Shown here one piece after another: positions 9,167 to 18,550 of a stretch of 64,000 nt of DNA. The DNA is from Cytophagales bacterium. GTDB taxonomy: Bacteria > Bacteroidota > Bacteroidia > Cytophagales > Cytophagaceae. Where the stretch lies: assembly GCA_004294225.1 (NCBI GenBank), contig REBA01000029.1:2648-66647 (forward strand), in the 5' to 3' direction. The position numbers and the translations under genes were made by a program. The notes beneath the pieces were generated by a model. It saw only the letters and a program-made list of their open reading frames with translations. It was not told where the DNA came from and ran no database searches. Every line of letters begins with the position of its first letter. Within the stretch, counting starts at the first letter, position 1.

Positions 9167-10255
9167 TTGAAATTGCTAAATTGCATTTACATTTTATGCA
9201 TATTCAAAATGATTTTTCTAAAAATTTTTCTTTTTCCACTTGCTTTAATTTATGGAGCAATTACACGGATTAGAAATTTTGCATATTCTATTGGGCTGTT
9301 TGATGAAAATGTAATCCCTAAACCAAGCATAGTAATAGGAAATCTGACAGTAGGCGGCACAGGGAAAACACCTATGACGGAATATATAATTTCATTGTTT
9401 CATCAACAATACAAAGTATCGATGCTTAGTAGAGGTTATGGCCGAAAAACTAAGGGGTTTATAGAAGCAGATTCTACATCCAACGCCAGTATTATAGGTG
9501 ATGAACCATTTCAAGTATATTCTAAATTCAAAGATACAGTTCATGTTTTTGTTGGCGAAAACAGAAGAAATGCCATTCAACAAATTGTTTCTAAATATCC
9601 CTCTACACAGCTTGTTGTGCTAGATGATGCCTATCAGCACAGGGCAGTGAAAGCTAGTATAAATATATTGCTCTGTGATTATTACAGACCATTTTATAAA
9701 GACTATTTACTTCCTTTTGGCTTGCTCAGAGAATCAAGACATGGGGCAAAACGAGCAGATGCAATAGTGGTCACCAAATGTCCGCCTTTATTAAGTGATA
9801 AGAGCAAAATTGATATTACTAGGCAAATTAGAAACTACACCAAAATCAGGACGCCAATATTCTTTGCACATTTTACTTATGCAACACCAATCTCTGAGCA
9901 TAATCAAGAAAAACTAGATAAAAACACACCAGTGTTTTTATTTTCAGGTATCGCAAACGATTTACCTTTAGTAGAGTATGTGAAAAATAATTATAAGTAT
10001 CATAAACATATTACCTTCAACGACCATCATTTCTATACTCAACAAGACATCGAACACATTACTTTTCTTTTATCTAAATGCCCTGCCAATACAGTATTAA
10101 TGACTACTGAAAAAGATTTTGGAAAACTTCAATCTTCAGAATTGAGAGAGTTGTTAAAAAATTATCAACTTTACTATTTACCTGTAGCATTTAATTTCTC
10201 TGAACAAGCGAAAGAATTTGAAAGCTTTTTATTAGAGAAACTTAATTTAATGTAG
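9167..10255 (+). CDS. lpxK: Tetraacyldisaccharide 4'-kinase
   Basis: Has the P-loop 'GNLTVGGTGKTP', plus 'LSRGYGRK' and 'VLDDAYQH'. The track start is TTG; ATG at 9209 is more likely. Confidence 0.85.
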   Translation: MKLLNCIYILCIFKMIFLKIFLFPLALIYGAITRIRNFAYSIGLFDENVIPKPSIVIGNLTVGGTGKTPMTEYIISLFHQQYKVSMLSRGYGRKTKGFIEADSTSNASIIGDEPFQVYSKFKDTVHVFVGENRRNAIQQIVSKYPSTQLVVLDDAYQHRAVKASINILLCDYYRPFYKDYLLPFGLLRESRHGAKRADAIVVTKCPPLLSDKSKIDITRQIRNYTKIRTPIFFAHFTYATPISEHNQEKLDKNTPVFLFSGIANDLPLVEYVKNNYKYHKHITFNDHHFYTQQDIEHITFLLSKCPANTVLMTTEKDFGKLQSSELRELLKNYQLYYLPVAFNFSEQAKEFESFLLEKLNLM

Positions 10256-10264
10256 ATTTATATC

Positions 10265-12349
10265 ATGTTTTCTATAAATAAAATTGCTGATTTCTTGTTG
10301 ATTAATGTATTGTGTTTTAGATTAGGTTTGTGTTTTATTTTACTTAATGTACTAAATTTTTATTCCGCTAAGGCCCAAATATTAGATGACAGCACGAAGC
10401 AGGTTTATAGTAGCAAGACCACTAAATATGTATTAGAAGAAGATTTTCTAAATGGAGATTATTTAGTTCAGAAAACAGACTCTACATTGAAGATAATGGG
10501 GGCAAAGAACAGTATTGATACCTCATTTAGTGGATTTCATAATTATTCTTTTTTATTTAGAGGCACACAGCCCGCTCAAGATTTGGGGAATTATTTGAGT
10601 CCTATTCAGCCTATCTACTTTCAACAAACCACCCAAATCGGTAAGCAATTCGGATATACTGCCTTTGATATATACACAATTCCATCCAATAAAATCAAAT
10701 ACTATGACACCAAGTCTCCTTATTCCCAACTCAATTATAAACAAGGAGGTATTGGGCAGCAAGGAATGGAAGTAGATTTAAGCAGAAACATTTTACCCAA
10801 TTGGAATATAGGTTTTGACCTAAGAAGACAAACTTCCAAAAAGATATTGGCCTCCAATAATGGAGTAGGTGGAAAACAAAAAGCCTTAGAGTCTAGCGAT
10901 TATTTCTTTGCTGCATATACTAGATTTTACACCAAAAACGAAAGATACCAACTCTTGGCAAATCTTAATCATGGTCATCAAATCTATTTTAACAACGGTG
11001 GTATAAAGCCTACAGCAAAAGATAGTATTGTAAGTGAGAATTTCTCCTATCAGTTGGCTTCGAGCTATCTTAGCAATGCACGAACTATAGATAAAAGAAT
11101 CAATTATCATCTATACCAAGAATATCATTTATTGAAAAACAAAACCATTCAAATCTATACCATTACAGATTATACCCGAAGAACTTTTAGATTCAATAAT
11201 AAACTAGCATCAACTGATAATAAGACTTTTCTAGCGGACACTTTGTTCTATAATACAGCACCACTGGTTAATCCAACACTTGGAGGTTTAAAGCAACAAT
11301 TTAATTTCACGATGCTCAACCTAAACGACCGAACTGATTTTAATGATTTTGAAAACCAGATAGGGATTAAAGCAAAACAAGGAAAATTAGATTATCGATT
11401 TTTTGTAAGAAGAAGAGATTTTTCTGTACAACAGTTGAATTATGCTAAAGATAGTCTCCTTTTTAGTAAGGACTCGATAAGTTTTTTAAATGCAGATACA
11501 ATCCCTACCAATAGCAAATATTCAGAAAATTTTGTTGGGGCAAGATTAAGATATTCCTTTCAACCCAATTCCCAATTAATTTTCGATGGGGAGTATATGC
11601 TCGGTAGAGATTATCGTTACAAAATAGAATTCATTAACAAATATTTAAAATTAGGCTATTCAAAAATTTTTCATTCTCCAACCCTTGCTCAACTTGAGCA
11701 TAGAAGCAATGTAAGATCAATGACATGGAAAAATATCGATAACGAAGGCAATATAAAATTCTTGAACCCGCAGCTCGATAAATTTTATTTCAATACTGCC
11801 ATAAGTTCGCCCAAACACTTTTTGAGTATTGGTGTTAGCTATGAAATAAATAGAAATTTAGTGTACTTTGATAACCAAGCAAAACCTCGTCAAGCCAACC
11901 AAACATTAAACTTTCTGACAGCAGACCTGTCTGCTGGGCTTAGTGTTTGGAAATTTCATGTAGAAACTTTTTGGAAATACACTCATCAAAACATTGATAG
12001 TTTTTGGGTAGTACCTAAGTTGTTCAATAAAAATAGGCTTTATTTTCAATCTAATATATATAATAAGGCAGCACTGTTACAATTGGGTGTAGATACTTAT
12101 TGGAGAAGCACTTATTTGGGGGCTAGTTATATGCCTGTTACACAACAATTTTATAAAAATGATAGCTTTGAATTGAAAAGTTTCTTGCAAGTAGATGTTT
12201 TTCTGAATGTTCAGATTAAGTACGCTACTTTGTTCTTTAAATATGCATATATAAACAAGGGACCCAATGGTGGATATTTTATCACCCCTGGTTATACAGC
12301 CATACCAAATTCCTTTGACTTCGGTATTCGCTGGATGTTTTTTGATTAA
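10265..12349 (+). CDS. Outer-membrane beta-barrel protein (putative-porin family)
   Basis: Has a signal peptide ending 'SAKAQ', alternating aromatic beta-strand patterns and the C-terminal 'FDFGIRWMFFD'. Confidence 0.5.
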   Translation: MFSINKIADFLLINVLCFRLGLCFILLNVLNFYSAKAQILDDSTKQVYSSKTTKYVLEEDFLNGDYLVQKTDSTLKIMGAKNSIDTSFSGFHNYSFLFRGTQPAQDLGNYLSPIQPIYFQQTTQIGKQFGYTAFDIYTIPSNKIKYYDTKSPYSQLNYKQGGIGQQGMEVDLSRNILPNWNIGFDLRRQTSKKILASNNGVGGKQKALESSDYFFAAYTRFYTKNERYQLLANLNHGHQIYFNNGGIKPTAKDSIVSENFSYQLASSYLSNARTIDKRINYHLYQEYHLLKNKTIQIYTITDYTRRTFRFNNKLASTDNKTFLADTLFYNTAPLVNPTLGGLKQQFNFTMLNLNDRTDFNDFENQIGIKAKQGKLDYRFFVRRRDFSVQQLNYAKDSLLFSKDSISFLNADTIPTNSKYSENFVGARLRYSFQPNSQLIFDGEYMLGRDYRYKIEFINKYLKLGYSKIFHSPTLAQLEHRSNVRSMTWKNIDNEGNIKFLNPQLDKFYFNTAISSPKHFLSIGVSYEINRNLVYFDNQAKPRQANQTLNFLTADLSAGLSVWKFHVETFWKYTHQNIDSFWVVPKLFNKNRLYFQSNIYNKAALLQLGVDTYWRSTYLGASYMPVTQQFYKNDSFELKSFLQVDVFLNVQIKYATLFFKYAYINKGPNGGYFITPGYTAIPNSFDFGIRWMFFD

Positions 12350-12395
12350 ACCTCAGAATAGTTTATTAGATTTGTTTTGAATTAGAAATACTTTT

Positions 12396-12629
12396 ATGAA
12401 TAAAGAGAAATTTACTTGGCAGATTGATTGCCAGCACACCCCTGAAACTATAGATAGAATCTTGATGCCTATAAGGAAAAGAGCGATGATGGTCGTTGAA
12501 TTGCATTATACTCAAAAAACCAATGATGCGGCTCTTTGTAAAGTAGTATTTGAAGCAGAGGCTGCTGAAGCAGAACGTATCTATAAAAACATGCTAAGAA
12601 TAATAGATATTATTGAAATTCATAGATAG
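12396..12629 (+). CDS. Small ACT-like protein resembling the acetolactate synthase II small subunit (IlvM-like)
   Basis: 'HTPETIDRILMPIRKRAMMVVELHY' parallels E. coli IlvM 'NPETLERVLRVVRHRGFHVCSMNM' as I recall it. No ilv genes are nearby. Confidence 0.4.
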   Translation: MNKEKFTWQIDCQHTPETIDRILMPIRKRAMMVVELHYTQKTNDAALCKVVFEAEAAEAERIYKNMLRIIDIIEIHR

Positions 12630-12715
12630 CTATATATACCAGATATTTAAATGTTTTGTGAGATTTTACCAAACAAAACAACACAAACATAATTTGTAAG
12701 ATTAAGTTATTTTCA

Positions 12716-12740
12716 TAGTTTTGTATCCAGTTGAATACAA
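12716..12740 (+). promoter_or_regulatory. Candidate -7 box (TAGTTTTG) overlapping an inverted repeat, TTGTAT-N8-ATACAA, upstream of the TA operon
   Basis: TAnnTTTG lies at 12716-12723 and the inverted repeat at 12721-12740, 9 nt upstream of the higB-like ATG at 12749. Confidence 0.3.
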
Positions 12741-12748
12741 TTTAAAGT

Positions 12749-13048
12749 ATGTATTTTATTGAAAAAACGATAGAATTTGATAGATGGTTCAGAAAGTTAA
12801 GCGACCTGAGAACAAAAGCAAAAATTTTGTTCAGACTTCAAAAATTAGAAAAAGAAGAACACTTTGGAGATACTGAATCTGTTGGAGATGGAGTTAGAGA
12901 GTTGAAAATTAACTACGCAAAAGGTTATAGAGTATATTTCAAAGAAATTGATGGGAAAGTAATTATTCTGCTTATTGGAGGTGATAAATCAACTCAGCAA
13001 AAAGACATTGAAAAAGCAAAAAATATTTGGAATAAAATAAAAAAATAA
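12749..13048 (+). CDS. higB: Type II toxin, RelE/ParE superfamily (HigB-like 'addiction module killer')
   Basis: A 99-aa protein with 'FDRWFRKL...AKILFRLQKLE...GDGVRELKINYAKGYRVYF'. Toxin-first order with a 3-nt gap to the antitoxin. Confidence 0.8.
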   Translation: MYFIEKTIEFDRWFRKLSDLRTKAKILFRLQKLEKEEHFGDTESVGDGVRELKINYAKGYRVYFKEIDGKVIILLIGGDKSTQQKDIEKAKNIWNKIKK

Positions 13049-13051
13049 AAA

Positions 13052-13336
13052 ATGGAAACATCAAAATTTGATATTGCAGATTATTTGGACAGCAATAAAA
13101 TGATTGCAGAATATCTAAATACAGTTTTGGAAGATGGCAATGACGATGAAATTGTAACTGCTATCGGACATATTGCAAAAGCAATAGGTATGACTAAAAT
13201 TGCAGAAGAAACTGGAATGAGTAGACCTAGCTTGTACAAAGCATTGTCTGAAGGAGCAAAACCTCAGTTCTCAACAATAATGAAAGTTCTGAAAGCAGTT
13301 GGAGGAAAAATACATATAAATCCATTAACCTCTTAA
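13052..13336 (+). CDS. higA: HigA-family antidote protein (HTH)
   Basis: A 94-aa protein with 'DIADYLDS...IAEYLN...IGHIAKAIGMTKIAEETGMSRPSLYKALS'. Confidence 0.8.
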   Translation: METSKFDIADYLDSNKMIAEYLNTVLEDGNDDEIVTAIGHIAKAIGMTKIAEETGMSRPSLYKALSEGAKPQFSTIMKVLKAVGGKIHINPLTS

Positions 13337-13521
13337 AAAAAGCAATAGCAAAACCTCGGTTTGTAAATATGGCGAGTTTGATACTTCTATCAAAAAAATG
13401 TGCAAGGTTCAACATCGGTAATTGTTGGTTTGTACTAAAAATCCACCTCCCTAAAACCTGTTCTTTATAGTTTTTTAGATCAATTGAATTACTCAATAAT
13501 AATTAGTTATATTACAATAAG

Positions 13522-13911
13522 ATGAATCTAATTCAAAAAAAATTAAAATACAGTTGCTTGTTTTTGCTTTTACCATTATTAATCAATTGTAAAGAAAAAA
13601 AGTCTATAGCAGGTTTTAACGAACAAGTTTGGAAGACTGATAAAATGGGCTGTGCTAACAAAAGAGCAGCAATAAGTGATTTTGTTTTATCTACAAAAGA
13701 TCAATGGTTAGGAATAGATGATGATGTAATTGTTGATTTATTAGGAAGACCAGAAAGAAGTTACTTTTATGAAAGAAATGCAAGATCTTTTGCTTACTAT
13801 ATTCAATCAGGCAAACAATGCAATCAGCAATCTGCTCTTTTTGGTCAAAGACTTATTGTAGAGTTTAACGCAACAGGATATTCCAAAAGAATATATGTAG
13901 AACAAGATTGA
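13522..13911 (+). CDS. Hypothetical lipoprotein
   Basis: Has a lipobox-like signal, 'LLLPLLINC'. No recognisable domain. Confidence 0.45.
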   Translation: MNLIQKKLKYSCLFLLLPLLINCKEKKSIAGFNEQVWKTDKMGCANKRAAISDFVLSTKDQWLGIDDDVIVDLLGRPERSYFYERNARSFAYYIQSGKQCNQQSALFGQRLIVEFNATGYSKRIYVEQD

Positions 13912-13938
13912 TAAAGTATTTTAAAATGTACTTTCTTA

Positions 13939-14352
13939 TTATCGCTTAAAGGCAAGAACACTCACACAGCACTCAGATTCTGGGTTGAAATTAAACTTCA
14001 AATAGTACATTCCTGTTGATTTACAATTATAAGCTATAGCTGGATAATATTTATTGTTTTTTTTATCATAATTAGATGCCAACATTTTTCTTGAAGCATC
14101 AAACAAGGTAACTTCTACATTTTTGGCTCCTCCATCTTTGTCACAAAGAATAAGCATATAATTGGTTTCTTTACTAAACACATAGGATTGCTCCATTTCA
14201 TTTCCTATTTTTTCCATTTGGTAGGTCTTCAAGAAAGTATAACCGTTACCCATTTTTGAAATACATTCATCTGGTTTGCATTGAGCATTGACCATTTGTG
14301 TGCTAGTCCATAAAAAGACGACTAAAGTGCCAATTTTGAAGATAGTGTTCAT
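13939..14352 (-). CDS. Hypothetical secreted Cys-containing protein
   Basis: The signal peptide ends 'VNAQ'. There are 7 Cys, including a C-terminal 'ESECCVSV'. Confidence 0.45.
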   Translation of the reverse strand: MNTIFKIGTLVVFLWTSTQMVNAQCKPDECISKMGNGYTFLKTYQMEKIGNEMEQSYVFSKETNYMLILCDKDGGAKNVEVTLFDASRKMLASNYDKKNNKYYPAIAYNCKSTGMYYLKFNFNPESECCVSVLAFKR

Positions 14353-14442
14353 ATTGATATGAATTAATAAAGTTGTTGATTATTACGAAGTGTAGTTTGA
14401 TTTGATTAAAATTCATGAGAATATTTATCCCCATTTTATAAT

Positions 14443-15333
14443 TTAAGAAGTAATTCCATCTCGAATGGTTTTTACAGTATTCAAAATTGAATTTACTTGT
14501 TCGTCTGATATTATTACTTTGCTTTCACTTTGGTCTTCAATTACCAATACACCATTTACTTCTTTCATAGAAGATTCTTTGTAGGTGTATGAAATTTCTA
14601 CCTGATTAAATATTTTATTGAGTTCAAGCAATTGATTATTTAGCAAATTAATAGAAGGATCAGATTTAAAGTTGGATAATAACAATAGCAATTGGTTTAA
14701 TACGATTTTTTGCTCTCCGATTTTTTCATACAATTCTTTATTCTTTGTTTTCACTGCAACATTACAAGAGATATATACCGCCTCGAGCCAACCGCCAGTA
14801 AGTAAAAGTACACTTTGATCGGAACGTTTTTCTTTGTGTAGAAACTCGTTGATATGTTGAAAATTAGAGGTAGTGATATATAATAAGGAATCAATATTGT
14901 TGGAATTTGAGGCTAATCTCTTGATGGTGTTAAAATCATAAAATTGACCTATATTCAGTTCATCCGCCATAGTTTTTATTGCATCTAGATACACCAATGC
15001 ATCTTTAGATTTGTTGTAAATATTGATGTAACCCAAATCTGTGCCATACATACCAAGATTTAATGCTCTTTTATAGCTCGTATTGTAGTTTTCCTTATTT
15101 TCTGTAGGGTTTAGTATTTTTGAGTCATAAGCTCCTCCAGACTCTTTAATAAGCATTGATATCTCAATAGGAGAGGGGATAGATCTAATGATGTCACCAA
15201 TAGCTTGATCAGAAATCTTGCTTACTTGTGAAGTAGTATCTATTGCTTCACTAATAATTTGCTCGTTAGAGTTTTTATTATTACTACAAGCCCATATTCC
15301 TAAAATGGTTGATATTAAAAAAACTTTTTTCAT
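14443..15333 (-). CDS. Hypothetical lipoprotein downstream of the ABC transporter
   Basis: Has a lipobox, 'ILGIWAC', followed by a predicted helical protein. It lies 108 nt downstream of the ABC gene on the same strand. Confidence 0.5.
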   Translation of the reverse strand: MKKVFLISTILGIWACSNNKNSNEQIISEAIDTTSQVSKISDQAIGDIIRSIPSPIEISMLIKESGGAYDSKILNPTENKENYNTSYKRALNLGMYGTDLGYINIYNKSKDALVYLDAIKTMADELNIGQFYDFNTIKRLASNSNNIDSLLYITTSNFQHINEFLHKEKRSDQSVLLLTGGWLEAVYISCNVAVKTKNKELYEKIGEQKIVLNQLLLLLSNFKSDPSINLLNNQLLELNKIFNQVEISYTYKESSMKEVNGVLVIEDQSESKVIISDEQVNSILNTVKTIRDGITS

Positions 15334-15441
15334 ATAACTTAGGTGATTTTTAATGATTATTTTGATAAGATATTGCAGAAATATTAAGTAACAATTAAAA
15401 GATACTTAACGGATATTTAATGTTTTCAGTTTACTATATTT

Positions 15442-18400
15442 TTAAGGATTCAAGGGTTTTTTATGAAGAAATCGAAATTCAATAATTTTTTTCAAGACAT
15501 CAAAGTATAGAAGGATAAATAGTACAACAGTCATCAACCATATTACTGAAATATTGAACCAGAAAGTGCCTATAGATACTCCAAATAGCATTTTATTGGG
15601 TGCATAAAAATGGCTTCTAATATTGAAAATTTCTTTTGAGGAAGTTGTATTGAAATATACAGCATTCGTTTTAGGATAAATTTCTTGATTGAAGATGATA
15701 AATTTATTTTTATTCTCTGTATTGACCACTAAATCTGCTAAAGATTCATTATGATATTCATCTTTGAGTTGTGTTACATTATTTATTTTAAGTTGTTGTA
15801 GCAAGCTTTGACTAATAAAATCTTTCTTTTTATTGGCTTGATTAAATATGTTTTTATAAGTGTCTTCTAAAGTAATTAATATAGATTTCAGTTGTTCTAT
15901 TTTATCTGTAGAAATAGTATTGATATTTAATTGATTAAAATATTCTTTATCAATGTTTTTCAATAAGAAAACTTGTTTATTTAACTCGTTCCTAATGATT
16001 TCCAAGTTTGACTTATTAGTGTTGACTTGTTCAACTTCTTTGGAACCTAAGTTTTGAGCAATGTTATCCAATCTTTCTTCAATTTCAGGTAAAGTATATA
16101 CTAGGTGAAAATCTGAAATGTTTATGATTTGTTCTACATCAAAGAAGTTTCTTTCAAATTGATTGCTTTTAAATTGCTCGACTGCAAGTGCCTCAAAAGC
16201 CCACCTAGATGCCATAAAATCTGCAATAACAGGAGTATTCTTTTTATTACCTATCAAGGAATTTATTTTGTCAAAATTAAACATAGCTCCACTTAAAATC
16301 ATCTGTGGAATAAGTAGTAAAGGGATGATAATGTATACCGTAACTGCAGTGTTAAATCCAGACGAGATAAGCAAACCAAGTACATTGGCCATACAACCAA
16401 TAGACCATAATATTAACCAATATTCTAAGGTCATTGATTTTATAGCGAGTATTGAATTTCCTACAAGTACAAATGTAAAAGCTTGAAAAGCAGAAAATGA
16501 GAATAGTATTATTAGTTTCGATGATAGATAGCTAAATCGGCTTAAATGAAGGAGTGATTCTCGCTTTAGTATTTTTCTGTCTTTGATAATTTCCTCAGCA
16601 CTTATACTTAGACCAATAAACAAGGCAACTACAATACTCATTAGAATGTATGCAGGAATATTATCGTTGTTTCTGTATTTATAAATTCCTTCTGGATTAT
16701 CAGTATAGCGAATAATGACAGAAAGAATTAAGGATAGTATTCCAGCCTCTAAGAGGTTAATTATCATGTATTGCTGATTACTCCATTTGGTTTTTAAATC
16801 CCTATTGATGTATATGAGCAATTGTTGAATTTTGCTAGGTATTTTAAGTATTTTTGGTGCAGATTCAGTAAGATTAGAAAGGAATTTTACTTGAAAATTC
16901 TGTAGAAAAAATTCGTTCCAATGATTTGGGGTAATTTTTCTGTTATTGGTATAATTCCCATATTCATCAACTACTTTTTCTTCAATGATATTGAAGAGTT
17001 GTTCCACATTAATATTTCCACAGCTATTGCATTGCCCATGGTCAGAATCTACTTGGTTGGAGATTCTTTTAAAATAAGTAATTGCATCTATTGGGTGACC
17101 ATTGAAGATAAAATATCCTCCCGTATCGAGAATATACATTTTATCAAATATTTTGTAAATATCTGAAGAAGGTTGATGTATGACCACAAATATGAGTCTT
17201 CCCTTTAGGGAAAGCTCTTTGAGAAGGTCAATTACGTTTTCTGAATCCCGAGAAGATAAGCCAGAAGTAGGTTCGTCAACAAATAAGACAGAAGGTTCTC
17301 TGATAAGCTCTAAGGCTATATTTAATCTTTTTCTCTGTCCACCACTTATCTTTTTATTCATTGGGTTCCCAACTTCTAGGTGCTTAATATGCTCAAGCCC
17401 AAGATTAGATAGTACTTTGTTTACTTTTTCTGTGATTTCTTCATTGGATAAATCATTAAAGCAGAATTTTGCATTAAAATATAAATTATCAAAAACAGAT
17501 AACTCCTCAATCAGTAAATCATCTTGAGCCACATAACCAAAAGCACCTTGAATTTTTTCTCTCTCTGTATGGATATTTATACCATTCAATAGAACTTCTC
17601 CTTTCGATGGTTTCTCTATACCAGCCATTACATTAAGAAGCGTAGTTTTTCCTGCTCCACTGGCACCCATTATGCCTATAAGATTTCCTGCATCTTCAGA
17701 AATATTAATATTTCTGAGTCCTATAGCTTGGTTTGGAAATTTGAATTCGAGATTTTTTACATTAAAGACTAATTGTATCTGTCTTTGATTAGATATAAAG
17801 TTATTAACTATATCACTATAATAAAATGAACTTCCTTTGGAAGACCTTGCGATGCTTCCTGGTGAGAATAGAATGACATCGTCTGAGGCTACAGTTATAC
17901 CATTCATTGACATGTCACTTTCACCGATATATCGAAAAAATATCATTTCTGTGCTAGAAATTCTATAAAACAGAACAGTGCCTTCGATATATTCAGAGAA
18001 AAGATATTTAGTTTGGTATATATGCTTCTCGAAGGGGAATTTGTTATTGATAATAATAATATGGTCATTAGAAAAATTGCTAATATTATTTTCTAATACA
18101 AATTGTTCCAATAACGTGTATTCCTCTTTTTCTAGGTTGAATGCATCTGCTACTGTATGTATAATCTGCATTCTTTGAGGGGTCAATTTCCTATTGGATT
18201 TGACCATCTCAAGAAGTTCTATAATAACTACTACTTTTTGTTTTTGTGTAAGCGTTTTGTTGATTTTCTTACATATCACTAATGTTTTTACTGAGTCTTT
18301 TACAGAAGTCAACTTTTCTGGTTTAGAAGTACTCTCTACATCATTTTTTTGTTCTTCATAACCTACAAAGTCATCAAAGAGGGCAACGTACTCTTTTACT

Positions 18401-18528
18401 GTATCAATATTTAACTTCTTTTTAAAAGAATTAATTACATAAGTTCGTTCAATTGAAGTTGCTCCTCCATCTTGTTTGGAAACAATGGCATATAATTGTG
18501 CAAGTGCTTTAAGTATTTCTTCACTCAT
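15442..18528 (-). CDS. ABCG/White-type fused ABC transporter (ATPase plus ABC-2 permease) with a TerB-like N-terminus, an FHA-like or beta-sandwich region and a ~230-aa C-terminal coiled-coil/TM extension
   Basis: Walker A is 'GASGAGKTT', the signature is 'ISGGQRKRL', Walker B is 'LFVDEPTSGL' and the H-loop is 'VIHQPSSDIY'. About 6 TM segments follow the ATPase. The N-terminus 'LAQLYAIVSKQDGGATSIERTYV' is TerB-like. A final TM segment is 'FWFNISVIWLMTVVLFILLYF'. Confidence 0.8.
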   Translation of the reverse strand: MSEEILKALAQLYAIVSKQDGGATSIERTYVINSFKKKLNIDTVKEYVALFDDFVGYEEQKNDVESTSKPEKLTSVKDSVKTLVICKKINKTLTQKQKVVVIIELLEMVKSNRKLTPQRMQIIHTVADAFNLEKEEYTLLEQFVLENNISNFSNDHIIIINNKFPFEKHIYQTKYLFSEYIEGTVLFYRISSTEMIFFRYIGESDMSMNGITVASDDVILFSPGSIARSSKGSSFYYSDIVNNFISNQRQIQLVFNVKNLEFKFPNQAIGLRNINISEDAGNLIGIMGASGAGKTTLLNVMAGIEKPSKGEVLLNGINIHTEREKIQGAFGYVAQDDLLIEELSVFDNLYFNAKFCFNDLSNEEITEKVNKVLSNLGLEHIKHLEVGNPMNKKISGGQRKRLNIALELIREPSVLFVDEPTSGLSSRDSENVIDLLKELSLKGRLIFVVIHQPSSDIYKIFDKMYILDTGGYFIFNGHPIDAITYFKRISNQVDSDHGQCNSCGNINVEQLFNIIEEKVVDEYGNYTNNRKITPNHWNEFFLQNFQVKFLSNLTESAPKILKIPSKIQQLLIYINRDLKTKWSNQQYMIINLLEAGILSLILSVIIRYTDNPEGIYKYRNNDNIPAYILMSIVVALFIGLSISAEEIIKDRKILKRESLLHLSRFSYLSSKLIILFSFSAFQAFTFVLVGNSILAIKSMTLEYWLILWSIGCMANVLGLLISSGFNTAVTVYIIIPLLLIPQMILSGAMFNFDKINSLIGNKKNTPVIADFMASRWAFEALAVEQFKSNQFERNFFDVEQIINISDFHLVYTLPEIEERLDNIAQNLGSKEVEQVNTNKSNLEIIRNELNKQVFLLKNIDKEYFNQLNINTISTDKIEQLKSILITLEDTYKNIFNQANKKKDFISQSLLQQLKINNVTQLKDEYHNESLADLVVNTENKNKFIIFNQEIYPKTNAVYFNTTSSKEIFNIRSHFYAPNKMLFGVSIGTFWFNISVIWLMTVVLFILLYFDVLKKIIEFRFLHKKPLNP

Positions 18529-18550
18529 CGTTTATAGCCTATGTGAAAAT

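Noticed and set aside
13227-13496. An 89-aa minus-strand ORF overlapping the higA 3' end
   Set aside because: It is antisense to a confidently recognised antitoxin gene and has no motif. It is likely spurious.
17700-18100. Calling the region ahead of the ABC ATPase a canonical FHA domain
   Set aside because: The stretch 'VLFYRISSTEMIFFRYIGESDMSMNGITV...' has FHA-like strand and 'NG' spacing but lacks the conserved G-R and S-x-x-H residues. I therefore describe it only as FHA-like or beta-sandwich, pending an HMM or structure test.
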